Assembly (NCBI GenBank): GCA_964016885.1
Contig: OZ024742.1
Span: forward strand, 246,946,001-247,010,000
DNA from: Eledone cirrhosa
Taxonomy: Eukaryota
Length of the DNA stretch: 64,000 nucleotides
Direction of reading: 5' to 3'
Positions 13,933 through 23,965 of this stretch are shown here, in pieces. Each line of letters starts with the position of its first letter. Position 1 is the stretch's first letter. The translations under genes were made by a program, and so were the position numbers. The notes beneath the pieces are model-generated. The model did not search any database, was not told the DNA's origin, and was given only the letters and a program-made list of their open reading frames with translations.

Positions 13933-14165
13933 GTTGAGGAAAAAGAGGAAGAGAGGAAGGGAGTACTCACTGTTGGTGCTCCTAGAGATGAGGGTTGTAC
14001 ATTTTTTCGGGGTGTCTACAACCCCTGTGTAACGCCTCCTCACTATTGGGGATTTCGATTGTTATTTGTTATTTTATTAATAGTTTTATTTTCATATACC
14101 TGTATGTAAACTCCCCATTTGTATTTGTCCCCTTCTTTTGTGCCCTTGTGGCTAATAAAGAAATT

Positions 14166-14180
14166 TATCTATCTATCTAT
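14166..14180. repeat. short (TATC)n tail of copy 3
   Basis: TATCTATCTATCTAT after AATAAAGAAATT. Confidence 0.8.
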
Positions 14181-14377
14181 ATATTTATTTAGGTTTGTTG
14201 GTTCACCACTGGATAGAACTGGTCATTCCGTATGGTCAACCTCGATGTAATATTATGGAGAGCACTCAACATAATGCAACTCACCCGTCTTCGTTTGTGT
14301 AGTTGGTGGTGCGAGTACGGAGTTAATTCTTATAAAATAACACGAGGCTGGACTGGTGCAATTCCTTAAAAGGTTTA

Positions 14378-14437
14378 TTATACTATGATCATTTCAATGA
14401 CCAGGTTCAGTATGAATCCGGTGACATCATCAGGAAG
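14378..14437 (-). ncRNA. degenerate type-I hammerhead ribozyme motif (PLE terminus)
   Basis: Minus strand reads CTGATGA, a 31-nt imperfect hairpin, GAAA-tgatca-TA, then AATAAA. Stem I pairs poorly. A CNCYRNFCP remnant lies upstream on the same strand (ORF 14529..14741). Confidence 0.55.
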
Positions 14438-15016
14438 TCGAAATATAACAAAGAAATATAATAGACAAAATCCATGGGGCTGAAAATCAGTGAAGGGGCG
14501 TAGGTTTATAGTGTATTACTACCACCCGTCACAAACAGAGGTCAGCGGTGAGATATGTTACAATCAAGCTGGTCATGAGTGCGAGAAAGTGCCGCGAAAA
14601 ATATTTTTTCAAAGAACATATAGCTTTGTTAAAGATATATATAGTAATATATAGTCGGCGTCTACATAGTATAATGTATGGACAGAAATTACGATAACAA
14701 TTACAGACGTTAAATTTATGTTTAGACTTAGAAGATGCCATTTAAGATGAAATTAGAAAAATACGGTTTAGGTTTAAAGTTGTGAGATTTAGTTAAAGAA
14801 TTTACAGAAGGAGGCTTTTATGAAAAAGTTTAAGTGCATTATAGAAAGTCACGATAAAGTTTCAGGGTAGAATATAGAGTAAAGATTAAGCTCATATATA
14901 TATATATAAACAATGAGTTATATGGTTTGTTGATTATTCAACAAAGTTAATTTTATAACAGATTAGAAGCACTCTTCAGGTTTTATCTGGACTATCATTA
15001 ATATTAATAATATTAA

Positions 15017-15107
15017 TAAGATAATGACATACCTTCGTGTGATCTTAATGGTATACCTTTAGTGAGCTTATACCATTAAGATCACACGAAGATATGTCAC
15101 TATCTTA
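15017..15107. repeat. 39-bp inverted repeat, 13-nt loop
   Basis: 15017-15055 versus 15069-15107, with 2 mismatches. Confidence 0.95.
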
Positions 15108-15124
15108 ACACCAAATATTATATT

Positions 15125-15175
15125 TCTTCTGACGAAAGCGTACTAATATGTTAGTACCCTTGAAATACGTTTAAT
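15125..15175 (+). ncRNA. degenerate hammerhead ribozyme motif
   Basis: CTGACGA-aagcgtactaa-tatg-ttagtaccctt-GAAA-tacgttt, then AATAAA. Stem II is strong; stems III and I are imperfect. Confidence 0.55.
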
Positions 15176-15217
15176 AAAATAAATATGGTTTTGTAAAGAT
15201 ATATTTCATTTATTAAT

Positions 15218-15297
<80 letters not shown>

Positions 15298-15334
15298 CCA
15301 AAGCCGAAATACGATTTTCACTAATTTATATTTG

Positions 15335-15392
<58 letters not shown>

Positions 15393-15740
15393 ATGTTGAA
15401 TATTGTTTATCAGGTACATGAGCTGCTTGTATATGGATACACATTTCATTAGTTAACTTGAAACTCCATTAGAATTGCATGAAATAATGTTCTTTGAATG
15501 CTATTTATTAAAAAGCACCATTATCTAATGAACACTCTTTCCCACAAAATACTTCATATATGCCTCATCCTATATATTATGTTTTATAGAGATTTTTATA
15601 GGCGATTTTATTGATTATATATTCAGTATATTATTAATTGTATGTTATAAATTCTATATTCTATATTTTAAGAGTAGTGTATTTTTGTATTACTATATAG
15701 TTATTATGTTATTCATCTTTTAATTTTTGTCCTGACTTTT

Positions 15741-15850
15741 TCTTAAGCCAGAAGGCTCGTTTGGCCGGTTTCATGGCGTGAAGCGACAGAGAGTACAAAT
15801 CTCCCCCTGGACAGGACGCCAGTCCATCGGAGGGTTAAACCCCCCAAGCT
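15741..15850 (-). mobile_element. 3' fragment of tRNA-derived SINE family B
   Basis: Matches 16522-16640 (gtttcatggcgtgaagcgac...ccccctggacaggac). Confidence 0.7.
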
Positions 15851-16045
15851 ATTTCGATTCTCAATTGTAACACCTTCTCGCTGGTGGGTAAGCAGTGTTG
15901 CCTAAATTACTGCCACTCTTGGCTAACAGCATATTTCCACACTCCCTCTCCAAAGCTAACAAGAGGCCCTTTTTCCTGCCTCCCCTATCCTACGAACCGC
16001 AGCCATCTTTCTTCCTGTCATTCCAATAGCAGAGAGTATATGAGA

Positions 16046-16079
<34 letters not shown>

Positions 16080-16083
<4 letters not shown>

Positions 16084-16505
16084 AAAAGAAGTAAGTGACA
16101 TAGTCACTACTTTAAAATGATAGCGTAATGTCTTCAAAATGTTTTTAATTAAACATACGGTATATTGCCAAATATATTATGCATACATTCATGTATACAT
16201 CGTTATTTCAGAGCACCAATCCTAATACTTAATTTTTGCTGGACCGGCAATCGCTCTGTATAATCAGCTCCTGATTATTACTGGAATTCTATAAGAATCC
16301 AGCTTCTATAATTGTTGTTGGAAGAGGGCAGTACGTAGCTCCGATGATTGCCAAACAGCATGAAACAGACTGTTAGCTTCTCTGCCTTCTTTCGCCGAAA
16401 AGAAGTAAGTGACATAGTCACTACTTTAAAATGATAGCGTAAGGCTTCAAAATGTTTTTAATTAAACATACGGTATATTGCTAAATATGTTATGCATACA
16501 TTCAT
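16080..16505 (+). repeat. partial tandem of a ~314-bp unit (terminal 112-bp direct repeat) containing a hammerhead motif
   Basis: 16080-16192 is repeated at 16394-16505; the unit begins right after (TA)n. Confidence 0.85.
16337..16378 (+). ncRNA. hammerhead ribozyme motif, CCGATGA core variant
   Basis: agct-CCGATGA-ttgccaaacagcat-GAAA-cagactg-TT-agct; stem I is agct/agct. Confidence 0.55.
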
Positions 16506-16521
16506 ATATATCTAAAATCTG

Positions 16522-16779
16522 TCTTAAGCTAGAAGGCTCATTTGGCCGGTGCTTATCTCGGTTTCATGGCGTGAAGCGACTGAGAGCACAAAACTCCCCC
16601 CTGGACAGGACACCAGTCCATCGCAGGGTTAAACCTCCAGCTATTGCTGGTACTCATTTTCAGCTGAGTATCCTGGAGCAACGTGAAATGAAGTGTTTTG
16701 CTCAAGAACACAACACGCAACCCAGGAATCGAACCCACGACATTATGATCGTAAGTCCAACACTAGGCCACGTGCCTCC
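16522..16779 (-). mobile_element. tRNA-derived SINE family B, near full length
   Basis: Minus strand has A box TGGCCTAGTGTTGG and B box GGTTCGATTCC. The body gtgttcttgagcaaaacacttcatttcacgttgctcc is shared with 29492-29610. Confidence 0.8.
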
Positions 16780-16812
16780 ACATTCATATATATATATATA
16801 TATATATGGATG

Positions 16813-16866
<54 letters not shown>

Positions 16867-16869
<3 letters not shown>

Positions 16870-16945
16870 GGTGTCCCAATAAAATTGACATAATTTCATA
16901 GTCTAATAACATAGCCAATTCTTTCAGATCTTTTGGGACACCCTG
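16867..16945. mobile_element. 79-bp Tc1/mariner-type MITE
   Basis: 13-bp TIRs CAGGGTGTCCCAA / TTGGGACACCCTG, flanked by TA on both sides. Confidence 0.75.
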
Positions 16946-17174
16946 TACATATACACAAAACATAATATAAACAGTATATAGTTTTAATATTCACTACAAC
17001 ACTGCTGGATTATCAATATAATCACCAAATCTTATACATTGATAAGTCATAAACCTAATGCCGCATTCTAACATTCTAATTTTTGTGAAATATAATATAC
17101 ATTTACTCACACACATATACACACATAAATATATATATATTATGTGTGTATGTGCCACTCTCTCTCTCTCTCTG

Positions 17175-17249
<75 letters not shown>

Positions 17250-17403
17250 GTAATAATAATAAATTTGAAGACTAAAATCCAAAGAGGGCTCGATAAGGAT
17301 AAATATATATCGCATATATAAGAATCGTAGAGCAAATATTTATTAAAATAACAGCGATTCTTTACTTTAATCTCTTATTTTAATATATATATATATTTCT
17401 TGC

Positions 17404-18244
17404 TCACACCTCACTCGCGTCGGACGATCTGCTGTCTCTCGCTCATGAAATCCACACAGCTGATGCTGATCGGACTCCCATGTGCATGTTTTTTCCTATC
17501 CTTGCGTTGCTATCCTTCTATGTTTGTTTACTTGTCTCGCTCGCTTTACGCGATTTACTTATCCCAATAGCTTTATTTAGCTATTGCTCGCACCAACTAG
17601 AGGTATATGATTTTTAAAGCGATGAAATACCAATGAAGGTTGGAAAATCACTGATGAAGGACTATTTTTATCATATGTAACCCATGTGCAACCACGCAGT
17701 ATTCATTCTTCTCATGTTTTTTATATATATTTTCCCCAGCTGTGTTTGTCTGTTTCTCACTTACTCCTTCCCCCCTCTCTCTGTTTCTCTCACCTTCTTT
17801 CACCCCTCTGTCAGTTACACTTTCTCTCGACTGGCCTCTTCCTCGCACTTCCACTCACTCACTCTCTGCTTCTCCCCTTCTCACTTCCTCCCGTTTGGCC
17901 TGAAGTGGGGTCCTTTTTTGTTCACACCTCACTTGCGTCGGACGATCTGCTGTCACTCGCTCATGAAATCCACACAGCTTAAGCTGATCGGACTCCCATG
18001 TGCTTGTTTTTTCCTATCTTTGCGTTGCTATCCTTCTATGTTTGTTTACATATCTCGCTCGCTTTACGCGATTTACTTGTCCCAATAGCTTTATTTAGCT
18101 ATTGCTCGCACCAACTGGAGGTATATGATTTTTAAACTGATGAAATACCAATGAAGGTTGGAAAATCACTGATGAAGGACTATTTTTATCATATGTAACC
18201 CATGTGCAACCACGCTGTATTCATTCTTCTCATGTTTATATATA
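17404..18244. repeat. ~323-bp direct repeat with 518-bp period
   Basis: 17404-17727 versus 17922-18244, highly similar with scattered substitutions; TA-rich sequence on both flanks. Confidence 0.9.
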
Positions 18245-18313
18245 TAATCATGTTTATATATATAATTAGCCGTCGAAACGGCTTGAGCTCAGCCGTCGGG
18301 GTCCTACTCGTTG

Positions 18314-18504
<191 letters not shown>

Positions 18505-18669
18505 GGAGGTGAGTTTTATTGTAGTACAATAAAGCAATGCAGATATCGGATAAGAAGCACTCTACAGTTTGTGGGACTGGAGTATACATAATATATAAGA
18601 ACAAAAGATGTTGATTTAGGACTGAACTATCCACAAGTGTTTTTTAGCCTTCATATCATATCCTCCTGT

Positions 18670-18734
18670 TTTATCTGATGAGAACACAGATGTTATTGCA
18701 TGATGATATTTGTTTTTGAAATGCGCATAGTGAA
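18670..18734 (+). ncRNA. type-I hammerhead ribozyme motif
   Basis: tttat-CTGATGA-36-nt stem II-GAAA-tgcgca-TA-gtgaa; stem III ATGCGCAT is palindromic. Confidence 0.65.
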
Positions 18735-18848
18735 ATACATGGAACTCCTTTAACCATCTTTTGTTCTTATATATTATATATATATATATATACGTGGGAA
18801 AGTAAATAATCGGAGAATAGACCGTTAAAACATGTTTATTTAAAACAT

Positions 18849-18887
18849 CACCTACGTACGTTTCGCCCAGTTGGGCTTCTCAAGGGC
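18849..18887 (-). ncRNA. hammerhead ribozyme motif, U3-A8 core variant
   Basis: gccc-TTGAGAA-gccc-aact-gggc-GAAA-cgtacg-TA-ggtg. Confidence 0.7.
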
Positions 18888-19187
18888 ATAAATAATCACA
18901 AGTGCTCCTTATATAGTTCGGAAAGAGTTTTGGGGGTTAAATCTACATCAAGATTCATTGCTCGCAAAAATATATTGTTTTGATTTTGCAGCAAGGTCAA
19001 GGGAGGTAACTCTAGCCGGTGTTAGGGCAGTCTTTCCCGGATAATTTTTTTTTTTTTTTTTTCTTCCCGCCGCATCGGTTTGTCTGAGGCTGGGTCTGGT
19101 GTGCAAGGATTGTTTTCTGGGTGTTATTTTGCTGCGCCTGCCCGCCGGGGTGTTAAGGCTTGTTGCAGGGTGATCCAGTGTACTATT

Positions 19188-21157
19188 TCACTCTTCATTC
19201 TTAACCCATCTAAAGAAGGATATTTTTAAGCGATGTGTTCAACTTATCGCTGTTTCAGCTCTGCTGTTGATGAGCTCGTGGGGTGCAGTTATGATATGGT
19301 AGAGCTCCATTAGGCAAAGATCGCATTTCCTCTTGAAGTTGTACGGTGCAGCCCCCCTGCCGACAATCTCCCAGTGCGTGGCGAAGCTGATGTTTAAGTC
19401 CTTTAGTGATGTGATGTAGTCCGCGAGCGAAGTGGAGTGCCTTAGTTTTCTATTTGTGAAAGAGTGGAGATGTGTTCGAAACCTAATTTTGAACGGGCCG
19501 GAGGTGGCCCCTATATAATGTTTAACGCTATTGTGGCTAGTAATAGTGCATCTATATATAACCCTATCAGTCAAGCAGTATCCTCTAAGGGGGCAGCGTC
19601 CTCTGTCACGGCAGTTGCAATTTCTGTCGCGGTTCCGTCTATTTCCCACGGTAAGGCTATCATTGTTGCTGCCTACATTGTTACCTACGCTACCGCAGCT
19701 GTCGTTAGCACAATTACAACCCACAGCACGCGGGATGGTGCGATTGTAATTCCGCACGTCATGTTCTGCATGTTCCCCAGTCACTTCGCGGTCATTCTGG
19801 TTGCGTCTGCGGATGCCGTTGCCAACACTATTGGATGCTGCCAGGGAGTTGTTAAGGCCGATATAGTTATTGTCAGGTGTAGGTGCGTCTGTGTCGAGGT
19901 GCTGTGTCTTGGTGATCTTACTGTGGTTCGTTGTTCCTATGATGTCTGCTAGGTTAGGAGTAGTAGAGAAGGATATTTTTATATTGTTCCTATTAAGAAT
20001 TTTTCTATACCTATGGTTGGGTGGGAAGTTCTTCTCTAAGGCTTCGAAGAATATCCGGGGTATGTTGGAGGCCACACTTCGAGAGTAGGGGGGGGGGGGG
20101 GGGGGGGTGAAACCATAGGACGTTACGGTGGCGATTACGTGTCCTTGTACTTTTGCTACGGGTGGTTCCATCTAAGTGACCGCTCGTATGTGTGTTAATG
20201 CGCTGTCGCCCGTTCGGTGCCCCTTTCACTTTATGCTCGGGTGCACTCTTTCTACCTCTTCCATGTTTATGTACACGAAGATGTTGGTTGGAAGGCGTTG
20301 GTAGTAGGCCGTCGCCTTTGTTGGTTTTGTAATAGGGGAATAGTTTGAGTAATCTACAGTATTCACCGTCGCCGGGGACGTGATCTTTGGTGCGTTTATC
20401 TATTCTATTATATCCGACTTTAACGATGTCGCCGCGTGATCGGTTATAGGTATGGCTTACTATAACGTTAGTTTTATGAGGGGGGTGGTTTCTAGAGCTA
20501 GCGTTAGGGATGTAGGAAATTCCTCGGTTAAAGCCGGCGCTTATCAGGGCCCTATTGTAGTAATCAGCCGCTTGGTTGAAGATATCCTCATTGGCGGATA
20601 GCCTCGAGATTCTATGTGAGATACTATAGACTATGGAGTTGAGAGTCTGCTTAGGGTGGTTGGAGGCATAATTAATATAAGAGAGGTACTCTCCAGGCTT
20701 ATGGTATGGCTTGTATAAGCCCGTACTCAACTTCAGGGTCACGTCCAGGAAGTTGACAACCCTGTGGTTGAGGTCCATAGTTACGGATAGGCCGTATGAC
20801 TTAAAGAACCTGTGTATATGTTTGTTAAGGTTCTCTATCCTACGGGGGCTATGGTTCCTAACGGTAAACAGGGCGTCGTCCCTATATACACCTCCTTGTA
20901 GGGCCGGTATTTCCTCCCTAAGCTTATGTAGGAGGTATATCCCAACCAGGTCAGTTGCTTGCGCTGAGTCACTGGACCCCATCGTGACATCGAAGTTATC
21001 AGGACGGTTGGTTCTGGTTCAGTGGGAGCCTTCGAACTGGATAATGGTTCTACGTGCCGCTAGAATTATGTCTATTTCTTTTTTAGTGAGGCTAGTGTTA
21101 GATCTAGCTAAGATAAGTGCCTTATTTAAGAGTATGGGGGAGATAGAGGCGTAGTAG
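19188..21157 (-). pseudogene. PLE polyprotein: RT C-terminal half + CxCx5Cx5C linker + GIY-YIG endonuclease
   Basis: Motifs FDVTMGS, GGVYRDDALF, VNFLDVTL, YHKP, CNCRDRGRCPLRGYC, VIYRC...HYIGAT and CDLCLME. TGA at 21019 and 19239; frameshift in poly-G near 20090. Confidence 0.9.
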
Positions 21158-21181
21158 CTATATATATACACACATACATAT

Positions 21182-21368
<187 letters not shown>

Positions 21369-21593
21369 AGAGAGTGTGTAATTGTGTATGTGTGTATGTA
21401 TTTATATATACGAATATATACATAAATTATATAAATGAATCTACGATACATTTCCTTATATTCGAAGCACCTGTTCTCCCTCATAGTTTACATATTTCTA
21501 TGATGTATTACTACATTTAGCTTTTTTCTTTCTACATTGTTTCTCTGGCGTGTTTCATACACTTTCCCATCATTCATCACCCTCCTCCTCGTC

Positions 21594-21701
21594 CTTCTTC
21601 TTCTTCTTCTTCTTCTTCTTCTTCTTCTTCTTCTTCTTCTTCTTCTTCTTCTTCTTCTTCTTCTTCTTCTTCTTCTTCTTCTTCTTCTTCTTCTTCTTCT
21701 T

Positions 21702-21773
<72 letters not shown>
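21594..21773. repeat. compound (CTT)n-(ATT)n microsatellite, 5' flank of Tx1 copy 4
   Basis: (CTT)n at 21594-21730, then (ATT)n to 21773. Confidence 0.98.
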
Positions 21774-21968
21774 GGCGACCTACGTAGTAAATCGTATCAT
21801 CGTGAGCTCCGCAAAGGTTTGTTATTTCCGTTTGTTAAAAATTGCCATTTATGGAAAATTTTATTGTTAACTGTTAACATTGTTTTCCGAAAAGGACACC
21901 CAAAAAGATTGGGGCCTTGTGCCCCAAATTTTAACTTTTATTATTATCCAAAAATTTCTTTGAAAAAA

Positions 21969-23931
21969 ATGGGTAATTCCCCTCTGCACGAAGCAGCTGA
22001 AAGCCTTCCTCACAAAATAACACCTCACACCGACACCACCATTGTAAATGTTACTACGTTTGCCAACACAAAAAAAATATAAGCAGTAGCAATATTTTAA
22101 ATTTGTCTCAGGCAGACATTCATTTCCCGCCATTACCAATGACTGCAGGTGTTAAAGCCTCCACCACCACCACCACCGCGACAACAGAAACAAAAGAAGA
22201 AAAAAATAAATTAACTCGTGATGTCGAAATGAAATCAAGCAAAATGGACTCTTCCGCACCAAAGACGAATGACGTCACCACCACCACAACTGAAACTAAA
22301 ATTAATATTAACACAAATAACGATAGCAACAACAACAACAATGACATTATAAAAACCCCCTTCAGTTTCGCCAGAGTAGCAAAACAATTCGAAGCGTTCA
22401 CGGTAACTCAGGAAGATTTAGAAAATGCCAAACAAATGGTAAAGAAAGATGGGTACAGGGTCAGCCTCACCCCCCACCTAATAAAATGGAGCATCGGCGC
22501 CTATGCACCGTGTCGTATAGAACAATAAATGTAAAATCGCGCCGAGTGGAACGGGCATCCGAGTCCCAAATCCAAAAAGCTTTGGGACATGTGTGGGCAA
22601 GAAAAACCCACATCAGACGTGGGCAAAAGTATGGAACCGTGGATGTGTTCTTTGAAACACCAGAGGAGGCTAGAGAACACTCCATGGCCTCATTAAAAAG
22701 TGACGACTTCACACTCGTCCCAAGCTATTGTGGCCAGAGACTCGTAAAGATCAGGGTGACCCACGTTCCACCGGCCATCGAAATTCCCTGGATAATAGCG
22801 GCTGTCCTCGCCGGCATCGAAGCCAACACGAAAATAATAGAAATAGCAAAAGAAAAGCAGGAAAACTGGTCCGGATCTGGGATGGAGCTCCTGATCCAAG
22901 CGGACCAAAAAAGCATTGAGGAGATCCCAGAGGTAATAGACCTCACTGACGGCAGCCACCTCACGGTAATTGTCCAGGGCAGAAGACCTAGGTGTGTCGT
23001 TTGTGGTGAAGGAACCCACCTAAGGGCTTTCTGCCCTCAGGCTAAAAGGTTGAGGCCACCTCTCCTACCCACCCCAGTGACACAACCATCAACCACCAGT
23101 AGCAGAGATGGCAGCAACAACTGTAGCAGCAACAACAGAAGCAACTATAACAGCAACAACCCCAGCAACAGTAGCAAAACCAACACCACTACCACCACCA
23201 GCAAAACCAACACCACCACCACCCAACGCTTCAGAACTAGCACCAGCGCCTACACCATCCACCACACCACAACCAAAACTAACGGCTGTGGAGGATTTTC
23301 CACTCCCCGGCCTATCACAACTGGAGACAGATTGTGACGACGAGGAGTGGGAAACGATATCCGGGAAAAAAAAAGAAACCAAAAAAGAAAAAATTCTCTT
23401 CCTTCCCCCTCCAAAAACAAAATACAGAGGGAAACAAATAAATTAAGAAACAAAAAAGTTAGGACAGATATGCCACCATCCACACCAGCATCACCAACCT
23501 CATCAACCCAAACACCAACACCATCACCATCATTAACCCCAGCACCACCATCACCTACACCACAAAAGTCACCAAAATGCGAAACAGAAACAAACCCACA
23601 ACAAACTCAAACAAAACAAAACAACCAAAACGATACACACTACACAGCATTAAATTTGAACAACAAGCAATTATTACACTACATCCAACACAACACCAGC
23701 ATCACAGAAAAAGACTACACAACAACCCCAAAATTCACACCACCTCCACACATACAAATCACTCGCATCACACAGAAAACGTACATGACACTAAAACAAA
23801 AATTCCCCAAAGACATCGGAGACTTCCGACAAGCACTCTCCAGGAGGATTTATAAGGACATCCTTCCTGAGGAGGCCACAAGCAGTGAAAAGGATGGAAA
23901 AACCGTCCTTCCCCTACGAGAAGTAAGGTAA
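21969..23931 (+). pseudogene. ORF1 of copy 4, frameshifted
   Basis: Motifs FSFARVAK, IRRGQKYGTV, LVPSYCGQR, and knuckle CVVCGEGTHLRAFC. Confidence 0.8.
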
Positions 23932-23965
23932 GTGGTCTTTCCCATCTTTTCCACTCCTTTTCAAC

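Larger units (their letters stand above)
10066..14165 (+). mobile_element. Tx1/L1-clade retrotransposon, copy 3 (internal deletion of ORF1 end and EN)
   Basis: ORF1 fragments join ORF2 at ~11626 (STIRSL). AATAAA at 14154-14159, then a short (TATC)n. Confidence 0.9.
18793..21157 (-). mobile_element. Penelope-like element (Naiad-type), 5'-truncated, flanked by (TA)n
   Basis: RT, GIY-YIG, 3' UTR, hammerhead, and AATAAA at 18835-18840. Confidence 0.88.

Noticed and set aside
1-14180. Recent tandem segmental duplication or assembly stutter as the origin of the three LINEs
   Set aside because: The copies have different 5' regions, deletions and many substitutions.
18130-18300. CTGATGA heptamers and GAAA-cggct...agccg-TC as a complete hammerhead
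   Set aside because: I could not assemble consistent stems I and II; at best it is a truncated 3' half at 18275-18297.
21019-21021. In-frame TGA in PLE RT as selenocysteine
   Set aside because: The position appears to correspond to a Trp upstream of FDVTMGS, so TGG>TGA decay is the simpler reading.
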